This document shows positions 33,119 through 48,291 of a DNA stretch of 64,000 nt, piece by piece; within the stretch, counting starts at the first letter, position 1, and the number at the start of each line of letters is the position of its first letter. Source of the DNA: Dictyostelium discoideum (Eukaryota); contig CM000150.2 in the NCBI GenBank assembly GCA_000004695.1, positions 1,280,001-1,344,000 of the forward strand. Reading direction: 5' to 3'. The notes beneath the pieces were generated by a model. The model ran no database searches. It was not told the DNA's origin and was given only the letters and a program-made list of their open reading frames with translations. Position numbers and translations under genes: made by a program.

Positions 33119-33146
<28 letters not shown>

Positions 33147-33475
33147 CAAATTAATCCAAAATTGGAACTAAAACTAAAAAAAAAAAAAAAACTATTTAAA
33201 AAAATAAAAAATAAAATAGTAATATTAAATTAAAAAAAAATAATAATAATAATTTTTAAAAAAATTTATTTATCTCTTTTTTTTAAAACTTTTTTTTATT
33301 TAAGAAAAAAAAAAAATATATTTCGGCAAAAAAAAAGAAATCGAATTCGAAACTATTTTTAGAATTTTTTTATTTTTTTTATATAAATACCCTCTAAAAT
33401 ATAATAAAGGGGTTGTCTCTTTTTTTTTTTTTTTTATTTTGTTTTATAAATTTTTTTTATTTTTTATATTTTTTT

Positions 33476-33789
33476 TTAAAGAGCAGTTGCTTTAAATTGA
33501 TTTTTATTTCTAGTATAACCATGTAATAAACCTAAAAACATTGATATGAAAACTGCCCATAAAAGTAAAATTACTCCAAGCATTCTTGCTATAAATATAA
33601 AATTAAATTAGTATAAAAGTAATAAAAATAGATTATAAAATTATTTTTTTAAAAAAAAAACTTACCAAAATGAGGAAAAGAAGTTCCAAAAATTAAATAT
33701 CTTTCTCTTTTTTCATCCTTTTTAATTGGACTAATATCTTTGATATGGAAATTTTTAATTGAAGTTTTTATTTTATTTAAAACTGTCAT
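33476..33789 (-). CDS. Small single-pass, tail-anchored-like membrane protein, 2 exons: join(33789..33666,33588..33476), 78 aa: MTVLNKIKTSIKNFHIKDISPIKKDEKRERYLIFGTSFPHF|ARMLGVILLLWAVFISMFLGLLHGYTRNKNQFKATAL
   Basis: The ATG is followed by an open frame into a GTAAGT donor. The TATAG|CA acceptor restores the frame across a C-terminal hydrophobic helix and a short basic tail. No family was recognised. Confidence 0.45.
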
Positions 33790-34103
33790 TGTGTTATTTT
33801 TTTTATAAAAAATAAAATAAAATAATTATTATATAACTAATGATACAAAAATTTGGAGGACTGATTTAAAATAAAATAAAAAAAAAAAAGATTTTTTTAT
33901 TTTTTTTTTAAAAAGAAAAAAAAAAAAAAAAATTACAAATGACAACTATACAAAAAATATTTGTATAGGAGAAATTATGTCTATGTAAAAATATAAATAT
34001 ATTTTAAAAATATATATATAAATTGGGTTTATGTATTGTATATATAAAAAAATACCGGATTATAAATTTTGAAAAAAAAAAAAAAAAAAAACCAAAAATT
34101 TAT

Positions 34104-34194
34104 TTTTAATTTTTTTTAATTTTTTTTAATTTTTTTTAATTTTTTTTAATTTTTTTTAATTTTTTTTAATTTTTTTTATTTTTTTTTTATTTTA
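34104..34194. repeat. (TTTTTTTAAT)n 10-bp minisatellite, about 7-9 units, in the divergent promoter region
   Basis: The 10-nt period is seen directly in the sequence. Confidence 0.9.
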
Positions 34195-34388
34195 AAATAA
34201 ATTAAATTTTGTACGAATTGGTCCAAGTTAGTTAAAGTTAAATTTTTGTTTTTTTTTATTTTTTTTTCTCGTTTTTTGCAGTTGTTTAGGGGTTTGTTTT
34301 AAAATCGAATTTCAAATATATAACCAACCTTTTTTTTTTTTTTTTTTTTTTTTCGCAGATTTTTCCTGTTTTGATTTTGGGTTAATTT

Positions 34389-34424
<36 letters not shown>

Positions 34425-34807
34425 CCATATGAATGTATTTATGTATTTCATTTGAAATATTGATTCACTATTTAATTATACATTTAAAATAAAATTAATT
34501 TTTGATAAAATGAAAATAAAAAAATAATAAAAATAAAAAATAAAAAAAAAAATATCCATATGAATGTATTAATGTATTTTATTTGAAATATTGGTTTACT
34601 ATTTAATTATACATTTAAAATAAAATTTTTTTTTTTTTTTTTTTTTTAACCAAATAAATCAAAAAAAAGGGCTTGTATGTTCACTTTTTTTTTAAAAATA
34701 ATTTTTTCAATTTTTTTTTTTTTTTTTTTTTATCATTTTCATTTTATTTTTTTATTTTTTATTTTTTTTTTTTTTTGTTTTAAATACAATATTAAATAAA
34801 TAAAAAA

Positions 34808-36272
34808 ATGGTTGAAGAAACAAAATCAACCTTAAAAAAGAGAGATATAAAAAAAGATAAAGAAGAAGTCGAGAGTGAAGTTATTGAGGATAAGAAAAAG
34901 AATGATAATAATAATAGTATAAATAAAAAAGAAGAAAAACAAGAAAAACAAGAAACTAAAAAAGAAGATAATAAAAAAAAACAACAACAACAACAACAAG
35001 TTCAACCAAAGAATGCATTTTGTATTAGATTTTTTGGAATTATTTTAATAACAATTGTAACATTTTCAATTTGGTCAGTTTTTAATCATAATAATAATAG
35101 AAATGTAGATTCATCATTCTTTATAAAAGAGATGCCAGAACCATTGTTAAGACATTTTCAATCAGGTCAAATGATACCAGTATTTGATAAAACAAATGGT
35201 GGAACATTCAATTTATTCATAGTTCAACAAAGTGTCGATTGGACAAGACCAGATCCACAATATAATGGCGAAGTCAATAAAAATGGTCAACCAATTATAA
35301 TTAGAGAAGATGTTTTCTCCAATGAAGATTCCAATGAAATAATACCACAAACTAATAGTATTGATAACGAAGTTGCATTATTAATTCATGGTCAAACTAC
35401 AACTAGTTTTGCATTTAGAAAAACTTTAAAATATATTCAAAAAGAAAGAATTCATCCAATTGCAATTGATTTACCATGTTTTGGTTTCTCTGATGCGTTG
35501 TCAAATTGTTCATACTCTGAAATCACTGATCGTTTAGATGACATTTTAGATAGTCTTCAAATTCGTAAACCAATTCATTTAGTACTTTATGATACTTCCG
35601 CTACAATTGGTACTTCCTTTGCTATGAAACATTCAAATAGAGTTAAATCAATCGTTTATATAGATCCTCATATCGATTTATCAAATACTCCATTATATTA
35701 TAATATCATTAAAACTCCTTTCTTTGGTCAATTATATCTTCAATTTTTAACTTCACCATATCTTTCAACAATTAGATATAAATTATTAGCTGATCGTTGT
35801 ATGTATTTATTTAATTAATATTAATATTAATATTAATATTAATATTTATTTTATTATTTTATACTAATTAAATAATTGTTATTGTTATTGTTATAGTTAA
35901 TTTATATAATAGTTTTACAAGACAATCAGATGTTGATAGTTATTTTTATTGTTTAAGATATAGAAATAATATTCAAAATTTTATAGATACAGTTAAATCA
36001 ATGGATACAACATTTAGAGAAACATATAGATTAACAACATCATCAATTGCATTAAATCGTTTAAAACCAATTCATTTAATTTTAACAACAAGATATGTTA
36101 GTAGTTATCAATCACAATTATTCCAAAATAAATTCACTTCTTCAATTTTACATACAGATTCAACTGAAACTTTCTCTTTATTCTTTGAAGATAATCCATC
36201 CTCAATTTCACATCAATTGGCTGATATTATTGATGCAATCGATAAAAATTTAAGAATTGAAAAACCAAAACC

Positions 36273-36309
<37 letters not shown>

Positions 36310-36513
36310 AGGCAACAAGATTATGATCATGGTCATGGTCATTCACATGGTGGTGGCAATTCACATGGTCACTCACATGGTAGTGGTAATTCACATGGTC
36401 ACTCTCATGGTGGTGGTAATTCACATGGCCACTCTCATGGTGGTGGTAATTCACATGGTCACTCTCATGGTGGTGGTGATCAATATGGTCTTGGCCATAA
36501 TTATGGAATGTAA
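34808..36513 (+). CDS. Membrane-anchored alpha/beta-hydrolase-fold protein with a C-terminal His/Gly-rich tandem repeat, 2 exons: join(34808..35798,35897..36513)
   Basis: A K/E-rich N-terminus is followed by a TM segment (FCIRFFGIILITIVTFSIWSVF) and an ab-hydrolase core (...VALLIHGQTTTSFAFRKTL..., ...LVLYDTSATIGTSFAMKHSNRVKSIVYIDPH...). The GTATGT donor is at 35799. Frame arithmetic favours the acceptor at 35895-35896, with 35930 or 35987 as alternatives. The C-terminus ends in five copies of HGHSHGGGNS, encoded by a 30-bp tandem DNA repeat at 36340-36480. Confidence 0.55.
36340..36480 (+). repeat. 30-bp tandem coding repeat x5 (GGTCACTCTCATGGTGGTGGTAATTCACAT) encoding (HGHSHGGGNS)5
   Basis: Five near-identical 30-nt units with silent and near-silent variation, in frame with the hydrolase C-terminus. 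Confidence 0.9.
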
Positions 36514-37001
36514 AAATAAATTTAAAATAATTTTACTTTTTTTTTTTTTTATTTAATTTTTTAAATTTTTTTTTAACCATATTCTCTATTTTGTTTATTT
36601 ATTATTTTAAAATTGAATCTCAAATCGGAAGGAAAAAAAAAAGGTGGAAAAAGAAAAAAAATTTAATTAAAAAATATGGGGTTATTATTTTTTTTTTTAT
36701 AAGCAATTTATTAATTTAAAAAAAAAAAAAAAAAAAAAATAAAAATAAAAATAAAAATTTAAAAAATATCTGTAAATTGTTTAAGTATGACATGTGAATC
36801 AATGTATTTTTTTTATTTTTTATTATTATTATTTTTTTATTTTTTATTTTTTTTTTTTTTTTATTTTTTTTTTTTTTTGTTTTTTTTTTTTAATTCTTTT
36901 TCAAAATTTCTTTTTTTTATTTTTTTATTTTTTTATTTTTTTTTTTCACTCCCATTATTTTTTTTTAATATAAGAAAGGGATTATTGCTATATTAATAAT
37001 A

Positions 37002-37164
37002 ATGTTAAGAGGAAATAATATTAAAAAAGTCAACTCTTTATTAGTAAGTATTCTTTTTTTTTTTATTATTAATTTTCTGGGTTATGAAATAAAAAATAAA
37101 TTAAAAAAAAAAAAAAAAATTAAAATCACATATGATCATAAAAACGAACGAATCACATACACAC

Positions 37165-37197
<33 letters not shown>

Positions 37198-37788
37198 CTT
37201 TCTTTCTCATTTGGAGTTAAAACTCTTTAATTATTATTATTATTATTATTATTATTATTTTTATTTTTATTATTATTTTTCATTCTTTTATGATTCACTA
37301 TTTATAATTTAAACCTTTTAACAAAAAAAAAAAAAACCAAAATATTAATAATAATAATAATAATAATAATAATTATAATAATGATAATAATAAATAGGTT
37401 AGATCATTTCATTCAACAGTTGGAAATAGATCAGGTGGACCATCAACACCAATTAATTATCCATCATTAGAGATTGAAAATGCAGGTGAAAAACAAAAAA
37501 TGAATCTTTTTCAAGCAATTAACAATGGTATGGATATTGCAATGCAAAAAGATTCAAAAGCAGTTGTATTTGGTGAAGATGTAGGTTTTGGTGGTGTATT
37601 TCGTTGTACAGTTGGTTTAAGAGATAAATATGGTGCATCAAGAGTTTTCAATACACCATTATGTGAACAAGGTATTGCTGGTTTCGCAATTGGTTTAGCT
37701 GCTCAAGGTGCTACTCCAATCGCTGAAATTCAATTTGCTGATTATATTTTCCCAGCTTTTGATCAAGTATGTTATTATTTTCCCCTCA

Positions 37789-37820
<32 letters not shown>

Positions 37821-38564
37821 AGAAAGAAATAATATATTAATTAATATATATAAATTTATTAGATTGTAAATGAAGCAGCAAAATATAGATATAGATCAGG
37901 TGGTCAATTTGATTGTGGATCATTAACAATTAGATCACCATATGGTGCAGTTGGACATGGTGGACATTATCATTCACAATCACCAGAATCATATTTTGGA
38001 CATACACCAGGTTTAAAGGTTGTAATTCCATCAACACCAATTGAAGCCAAAGGTTTATTATTAGCATCAATTCGTGAAAAAGATCCAGTTATATTTTTTG
38101 AACCAAAATTAATGTATAGATCAGCTGTTGAAGAAGTACCAATTGGTGATTATGAAATTCCATTAGGTAAAGCACGTATTGTTAAAGAGGGTAAGGATAT
38201 TACAATCATTGGTTGGGGTGCTCAAATGAGAGTTTTACTTCAAGCTGTTAATATGGCCGAAGAGAAATTAGGTATCAGTTGTGAGTTGATCGATTTACGT
38301 ACTATTCAACCATGGGATGTTGAAACAGTAGTTGAAAGTGTAAAAAAAACTGGTAGAGTTGTCATTAGTCATGAAGCTCCAAAAACTGGTGGTTGGGCTG
38401 CTGAAATCTCTGCTACCATTCAAGAACGTTGTTTCCTTCATTTAGAAGCTCCAATTCAAAGAGTTTGTGGTTATGATACACCTTTCCCATTAATCTTTGA
38501 AAAATTCTATGTACCTGATCACTTAAAGAATTTCGAATCAATTAAAAAAACTATGGTTTATTAA
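37002..38564 (+). CDS. bkdB: Branched-chain alpha-keto acid dehydrogenase E1 component, beta subunit (mitochondrial), 3 exons: join(37002..37043,37398..37766,37863..38564)
   Basis: Exon 1 is [14 protein letters not shown], a presequence, with a GTAAGT donor. Exon 2 is [123 protein letters not shown] with a GTATGT donor. Exon 3 is [42 protein letters not shown]...[52 protein letters not shown]. It is near-identical in motif order to human BCKDHB. Confidence 0.92.
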
Positions 38565-38569
38565 ATTTA

Positions 38570-38603
<34 letters not shown>

Positions 38604-38735
38604 AATAAATAATAGTAATAATAAAAAAAAATTTAAAAAATAAAAACAAAGGAAAAAAAAAAAAAAAAAAAAAACTATAATCATATATTATTAAATTTTA
38701 CAAAGTTTATTAATAATTTACAAAAAGTTTATTTG

Positions 38736-38762
<27 letters not shown>

Positions 38763-38766
<4 letters not shown>

Positions 38767-39387
38767 TCTTTTTTCTTTAATTTATCAGATTTTTGATTTG
38801 TTTCAATTTTATCTTGATCTGCATTCATTAAAAATAAACCAAACATAATAAAAAATGCACCTATCCACCATTTAAATGATAATTGTTCTTTGAAAAACAA
38901 CCAACCAAAAAATGCCTAATTTAATTAAAATAATAATTAATAATTAGTAATTTTTAATTTTTATTCAATATTATTGATTATTGATTTTTTTTTAAAAAAT
39001 AATTTATTTATACTTTACAGTAAAGAAAAAGTTACTTGAAGTTGTTATAACAGTTGATGTAAGTGTTGAATTTGCTAAATCCATTCCTTTTGCAGCATAT
39101 CTCCATTGCATAGTTGTACATATAAAAATACTACCAATACTAATAGCTCTTGTTATTAATTCAATATTATCACTTGAAATAAATTGTGAAAGAAATTGTG
39201 AATCTAATGCAACTTTACCACAAACTGACGATAATGATGCAAATACACCACCAATTAAACTATATATAAATGATAATTTTAAATTTATTGTATTTACTAA
39301 TGGTTTTTTTTCTTCATTTTTAATTTTATTATCTTTATTTATTGATTTCTTTATTTCATTATTTGATTTTTTAGTTTCTCTTTTCAT
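38763..39387 (-). CDS. TMEM42-like small multi-pass membrane protein, 2 exons: join(39387..39019,38915..38763), 173 aa
   Basis: The sequence is MKRETKKSNNEIKK...NLKLSFIYSLIGGVFASLSSVCGKVALDSQ...ICTTMQWRYAAKGMDLANSTLTSTVITTSSNFFFT, then a GTAAAG donor, then AFFGWLFFKEQLSFKWWIGAFFIMFGLFLMNADQD.... The pattern matches human TMEM42 (CAGAFGALAAASAKLAFGS... [20 protein letters not shown]...LWWGGVFLILCGL). The poly-F stretch upstream in the ORF track is read-through of a poly-T tract, not coding. Confidence 0.6.
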
Positions 39388-39412
39388 TTTTAAAATGATT
39401 TGATAAAAAATG

Positions 39413-39465
<53 letters not shown>

Positions 39466-39982
39466 AAAAAGGGATTTTTTTGATAGTTTTTTTATAAAAT
39501 TCCAAAATTGACACCAAAATAATAAAAAATATACCAAACCAACCAAATGAATCTTTTTGTTTTTTTTTTTTTTTTTTTAAAAAAAAATCTATTTTAATAC
39601 AAAACATATTCACTCTCGTTGTTCTTCTAAAAAAAAAAATTAAAAAAATGAATGATAAATAATTAAATTCTAAAAATAAAAAAAGAAAAAAAAAATAAAA
39701 AAAAAACAGGTTTTTCATTTTTTTGATATCTTTATCATTTTGTATTTTATAAGATAGTGCTCTATCTTATAAAATAAGTTAATATTGAAAATAAATACAA
39801 AAGTGATATAAAAAAAAATTGATAAATTTTTTTTATTTTAAAAAAATTGATTTGATTTAATTGGCTTATTTTTTTATGCCCAAAAAAAAAAAAAAAAAAA
39901 AAAAAAAATCCTGGATAAACTTTATTGTTTAGTTTTTATTAAATTTACATAAATTTTGTTTTTTGTTTATTTATACCTTTAC

Positions 39983-40014
<32 letters not shown>

Positions 40015-40083
40015 CTTTGTGTTCTCCCTGCCCTTTTTTTTTTTTTTTTTATTTAAAAAAAATTTTATTTTTGGATTTTTTTT

Positions 40084-42172
<2,089 letters not shown>

Positions 42173-42588
42173 ATCTATATATATATATATATATATGTAA
42201 TATGTATATTTACAAAATAAATTAAAAAAAAAAAAGATTTCAAAATTTTTTTTTTTTTTTTAAATTTTTTTTTTTTTTTTTTTAAAAATTTTTTTTATTT
42301 TTTTTTTTTTTTTTATTTTTATTTTATTTTTTTTATTTACTGAACATTTTGTGAAGTTGGGGAGGTGGAATCAAAAATACATTATTATTTTTCTTTTTTT
42401 CTTATTTTAATATTTATAATTACTTAAAAAAAAAAAATATAATTAAAAAATCTTTTTTGCATAGGAAAAAAAAAAATTGAGAAAAATTAATGAAGAAAAG
42501 GATTTGGTTGTAAAAAGAATTTTAATATTAAAAAAAAAAAAGAAATAAAAGTTTTTTTTCTATACAAAAAAATTTTTATTTTTTTTTA

Positions 42589-42633
<45 letters not shown>

Positions 42634-42687
42634 TTTTTTTTATTGTATATATATATATGTATTTTGGTTCGAACCAATTTTTTTTAT

Positions 42688-43277
42688 TTAATGATTTGAG
42701 GTTTTGAATAACGGAATAAAAACAAATAATGAAAAGAAGACAGCACCAATTACTAGCCAAAAACCAACATATGGGGAAAAAGATAATTTGATGAGTTCAT
42801 CTTCATTGCTACCCATGAATTTATGACAATAGGTATCATCGGCATCACCAACAAACAATGAACTAATCCAAGATGCAACTGGATTACCATTACATAATGG
42901 ATCATCTTCACGGAATGCTCCATTGATTCTAAAGAATTGGAAAAATGAAACTAATAACAAAATCATTACAATGATCATGAAAACACCGGCAACTTTAGCG
43001 CAAATTCTATTCTTTGCCAAGAATGCAATTAAAATCACTACGGCACTAATTAAAGCTAATAATGTTGCTAGACATAAAAATGCAAGTGAAACTATGAAAA
43101 CGTTCTTTATATGATCATATCCCAAATCATCATATTTCTCTGAATCAGAATTACTACTTGTATTTATAATATTTGTCTATTTTTATTTATTAAAAAAAAA
43201 AATAATAAAAAATAATAAATAATAAAAAATAATAAAATATAAAAAAATTGGTTAGGAAAAAAATGTTTAGAAGAAAG

Positions 43278-43318
<41 letters not shown>

Positions 43319-43508
43319 TTTTACATACAGCATTTAATTTTTCATCAGTATTTCTTATTTCATCCCAATAGTATAAATACTTGACTCTATCTTCTGAGCC
43401 AATTTTTTTAAATGAAACGATATACCATGGATAAACAATCGAAACAATACAACATGCTATAACAACTAAGCACATGAATAAACTTAAAAATGCAACGCCT
43501 CTCTTCAT
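42688..43508 (-). CDS. Four-transmembrane membrane protein of unknown family, 2 exons: join(43508..43329,43176..42688), 222 aa
   Basis: Exon 1 is MKRGVAFLSLFMCLVVIACCIVSIVYPWYIVSFKKIGSEDRVKYLYYWDEIRNTDEKLNA with a GTATGT donor. The acceptor at 43177-43178 leads into TNIINTSSNSDSEKYDDLGYDHIKNVFIVSLAFLCLATLLALISAVVILIAFLAKNRICAKVAGVFMIIVMILLLVSFF...GNPVASW...YVGFWLVIGAVFFSLFVFIPLFKTSNH. There are four hydrophobic helices. Confidence 0.6.
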
Positions 43509-43670
43509 TTTATTTGAAAATTATGTATATATAGGAAATGAGGATAAATTATGTATATAATAAATAAAAAAATATTATTTGAAAAAATTACTAAAAGCGC
43601 GTGTGTGTGTGTGTATATAAAAATATATATTAATAAATATTATTATATATATGTGAATTAATAAATAAAT

Positions 43671-43706
<36 letters not shown>

Positions 43707-44471
43707 TTGTTTTGTGAATATTATTATTAAAAATGAATAAAAAAAAAAAAAAATTATTATTATATAAATATTTATTTATCCAATAAGATGAGTAAAAAAA
43801 AAAAAAAAAAAAAATAAAAATAAAAAAAAAATTAATATTATAAATTAATTTTATTTGAAAAAAAAGTGATAAGAAAAAAAAAAAAAAAATGTTTTATATG
43901 AAATTAAAAATATAAAAAAAAATAAAAAAAAAATAAAATAAAAATAAACTATTAATTAAAATAATATAAGTGCTATTAATAATAACATTTTGAACGGCTT
44001 AGATTACATCTACCACAAAATTTCACCACTTTTTGTCAGTTTAATATATTTTTAATTTTATTTTTATTTTTTTTTTAATTTTTTTTTTTTTTTTTATTTT
44101 TTTGGGTTTTTTTATTTTAGACCAATATGAGGTCTTAATAATATAATTACAACGTTATAATAAACTTATTAAAAGAGAATCTAATAATTCATCATAAAAA
44201 AGTGTGTAAAATAAAGGAAATTGATTTTTCCAAGATTACAATACACACTTTCAGACATTTTCTAATAAAAAAAAAAAAAAAAATTTATTTTTAAAATAAA
44301 AAAAAATAATTTTAAATGAAAATCTATTAAAAAACAATGACATTATATTTTTATTTTTTTTTTTTTTTGAAAATTCAAAAAAATTTTTTTTTTGATCTTT
44401 TATTCATAATGTTGTAAACCATCATTTTTCCAAATCCCACTCACTTATTGGGGAAAAATAATAATAACGAA

Positions 44472-44511
<40 letters not shown>

Positions 44512-44875
44512 ATTTAACGAGCTAAAAAAAAATTAAAAAAAAAAAAAAAAAAAACAAATAAAATTTGAAAAGAAAGATAATAATATTTATTATTTTTCTT
44601 TTTTATTATTATTATTATTTTTTCAAACCCAATGAAATAAAAAAAAAAAAAAATCTAGTTTGTTAAATCACAAAATAAATGTTAATATTATCTTAAATCT
44701 GAATGGTCCATTTAGATAAAAAAGGATTATTTCAAGGATAGGAAATCAAAAATTAAAAAAAACAAAAAAAAAGAAAAAATTAAAAATAAATAAAATTCAA
44801 TCAATATATAACAAAAATATTCATTGTTTCAAAACAAAATAATTAACTCTTATAAAATAAATAAATGTAAAAATC

Positions 44876-44920
<45 letters not shown>

Positions 44921-45201
44921 TGAAAGTATTTCAATAAAATTATTATAATAAAATGTATATTATTATTTTTATTATTATTTTTTCTTTTTTTTATTGTCAT
45001 TAAACTTTTAATCCAAGCAACAAATATGAGTGGGAGTTTTTTTTTTTTTTTAAAATTTAGATATTAAAAACTATTATATTGTTATTATAACATGAAAATT
45101 AAAAAATTATATCATATTTAATAAAAAAAAAAATTATTTTTAAACAAAAAGGGATTATGAAAAAGAATAATTTTATTTATTATTATTTATTAAAAAGGTG
45201 A

Positions 45202-45239
<38 letters not shown>

Positions 45240-45278
45240 ATTTTTTTTTTTTTTTTTTTTTTTCAAATTATTATTATT

Positions 45279-47597
45279 TTAATTAGTTGATGGACCAACA
45301 TAAGTAGTTTGCTCTTGAGTTTCAAATACTTTTTTATCGTTATCAAAGACTTTTTCAGTTGTATTTGTAGTTGTTGTTTCAGAAACATATTGAGTTGCAG
45401 TTTGTGGTTGATTTAAAGTTTGTGGAATAACCATAGATTCAGTTCTAGTTGTAGTGACTTGAGTTGGAATAGTTGAGGTAGAAGCGACATTACCAGTATT
45501 TGAATTATTTGCTCTATTACCAAGAACTGCTTTAGCAAATGATTCAACACTCTTTTTAGCACTTTCTTTTTTTATATTCTTTTTATTTTGAGCCATCTTT
45601 TGTTTGATTTCAGAGACACGTGAATTGAGTTTAGCCTTCATACGTAGACGATTTTGTTTAGCAACATGATATTTACCGACCATTTTGTAATCTGTTTCAG
45701 CAACCATCTTTGCGACTTGTTGAGCGATTGCTTTTTCAACCTCGAATTTTAATTTCTTTTTAAGGAGATTTGTAAAGATTTTATAGAGGAAAGTATGTTT
45801 ACAATCATAGAGATGAATTGAAAGATTATCCAAAATACAATAGGAATCCAAGATTTGAGTTTTTCTTTGAAGTCCATCTTTCAAGATTCTAACCTCAACA
45901 CCAACACGAGCACCTCTACCATCGACTAAAATATTTGCTAAACCTCTATCACGAATTTTTGGGAAATTGAATTTTTCAAACTCCCATGGTAAAGCATTGA
46001 TACGAGCACGAATTGAAGTGAGTTCAATCCAAACGATAGTATCTGGATCAATGATGGAGAGGGTGTATGGATCAGCATTGGTTTTATGCGAGATTTCAAA
46101 ATGAATATTCTCTGGAAGCAATTCAATCGATGAGAGATTGACAGCACCAATACGGTAACCTAAATTTCTATCAGGAGTTAAACCAGATTGTGGTGGAATG
46201 GTGATGGTTCTAAATTCTTCCAAAAGGAATGGAACTAATAACATCTTCAATTGACCAGCCATACGAAGGTTACCTTTGGCAGTATGAGTATTCAAATCAC
46301 TGAGTAAACTATTGAAATGAGTCCAAAGACGTGAATTTAATTCATCAGTTGCAATACCATCCTTGAGACGTGACGATTCTGCAGTGAATTTTTGAAGTGG
46401 TGGACTTTCTTTAGTTTCAACAATTAATGTCTCAGCCTTTGCATAAAGATCACGCATTGCTTTTCTATAGGCTGGATCTTCAATTAAATCTGGATTCTCC
46501 ATGAGTTCAATTGTAAGATTTCTAAAGTCTTGCATAAACACATTGTAACCTTGATTCTTTTTAATCTCTTCAAATGATTCACCACCATACTCGAATACCT
46601 TATCGACATCGGCCACTGATTTATCTTTGATAAATGATTGAATTAAAATCTTGAAATTTGAAAACATTGAATTGAAATTATCATTGGATTTGATGGTATT
46701 TAATTTACTAGCGGCATGTTTTGATTCAACTTCTCCAGTTGCTTTAACTTCACGTGACAATGATTTACTATTCAATACGAAATCATTCCATGCTGGACTT
46801 GATGATAATACTCTAAATACTTTATAGAAATTATCAAATACAATCTCTCTTTGCTCATCAACAAATTGAGAGTTTTTATCCAAAACTATCATTTGAAGGA
46901 ATTTACTTGCCTCTGAAAGGAATCTGAATATAGATTCACTACCTTTAAGATCAGTCACAACTTGGGTGGTGGAACGAACGATACCACGTCCCTCTGTACC
47001 CGTTGCCATCTTGACAATGGTGGTCTTCCAGTCTTCCAAGAGGACCTTAAGCTCATTATCATTGGAGAGATCGCCAGAGAATAGCTTGGCATCTTTGAAA
47101 AATCTGAGGAATTGTTCATCGGTTTTACGAGTTTCAACCATGAGGATTAGATCTGCCAAAATGTTCTTGACATCATAGATAACCTTTTTGGTTTGGTCAT
47201 CGGCTTTCTCTCTAAAGATACGAGTTTCCATCATTCTTTCCAAACTATTGTAATGACGTTTAAGTAACTCTAAATTGGTGACATTTGATGTAGCAGCTGT
47301 AATTGGAATACCATCTGGTCCTATTATTGGTGCTTGGACTACATTACGATCAAAGTTTCTTGCATAATCTTTACGATATTCATATCCACTAACTTTGTTA
47401 TTATTAAGTTTTGATTTAGATTCAACACGTGCTTCTGACATACTTCCACCTAACTTTGGTGAATTTGCATATACTGACTCCTTACCATGTTTACTATGTT
47501 TAACATGAGCTGGTTGATTAATTGAACTTGTATTATTTTCAACTGGATATCCTGAACTTGTATCAGTTTCAAAATATTCTCTACCTTTTGATTTTGT

Positions 47598-47600
<3 letters not shown>
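45279..47600 (-). CDS. Conserved hypothetical protein, 773 aa, single exon. The N-terminal region is disordered and S/T-rich. The central and C-terminal regions look globular. The C-terminal tail is T/Q-rich.
   Basis: One long ORF runs from the ATG at 47600 to the stop at 45279 with normal amino-acid composition. No family was confidently recognised from the sequence alone. Confidence 0.7.
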
Positions 47601-47630
<30 letters not shown>

Positions 47631-48111
47631 CTAAATTTTATAAAATTAAAAAAAAAAAAAAAAATTAGTAATAAATTCGTTTATTAAATAATAATAAAAA
47701 ATAAATAATATAATATAAATATATAAAACTATTATTACTTACTTTTTTTTTTTTTTTTTTTTATTTTTTTTTTTTTATTGTTTTTTTTTTTTTTTAAAAT
47801 TGGATAAATAAAAAAAAATTATAAAAAGATTAATTAAAATATATTTTTTTTTTAAAAAAAAATACTAAATAAATATTATTGAGATTGATTATTTATTCGT
47901 GTGTTGTGTGACTATAGTTGGAGATAAAAAATATAATCAAATAAATAAAATAAATAAATAAATAAATAATTGGTATTTTTTTTATTTTTTTTATTTTTTT
48001 TTTTAGAGGTGGGTTATGTAGTACTAAAAAAAAAAAATATATAAAATGAGATAAATTATTATTTAATAAAATTGAATTTCAAATTATTCTTGAAAAAATA
48101 AAAAGATGCTC

Positions 48112-48153
<42 letters not shown>

Positions 48154-48229
48154 TTTTTTTTTTTTTTTTAAACAAAATTTTTTTTTATTAATTTATAAGT
48201 TTAAATATTGACTTTTTTGTTAAATCGTC

Positions 48230-48237
48230 TCCCACAA
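48230..48237 (+). promoter_or_regulatory. DUSE-like upstream element TCCCACAA (the Dictyostelium upstream sequence element found about 60 nt upstream of snRNA and other small ncRNA genes), followed by TATAAT at 48262-48267
   Basis: It matches the published [A/T]CCCA[C/T]AA DUSE consensus exactly. A TATA-like box sits about 25 nt downstream, which is the spacing described for Dictyostelium ncRNA promoters. Confidence 0.35.
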
Positions 48238-48291
48238 GATTGGTTTTTGTTTATAAGTTAATATAATAGGGTGCGATGAGGAAAAAGTAGT

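Noticed and set aside
39388-39546. N-terminal extension of ORF 39004..39546 (MVGLVYFLLFWCQFWNF...poly-F)
   Set aside because: The poly-F comes from translating a poly-T tract. The conserved TMEM42-like protein starts at the ATG at 39387, and the real gene has a second exon the ORF track misses.
42660-42680. GGTTCGAACC, resembling a tRNA T-arm (GGTTCGAA)
   Set aside because: It is a simple palindrome just downstream of the 4-TM gene stop. No acceptor stem, D-arm or anticodon arm can be built around it, and the flanks are AT homopolymers.
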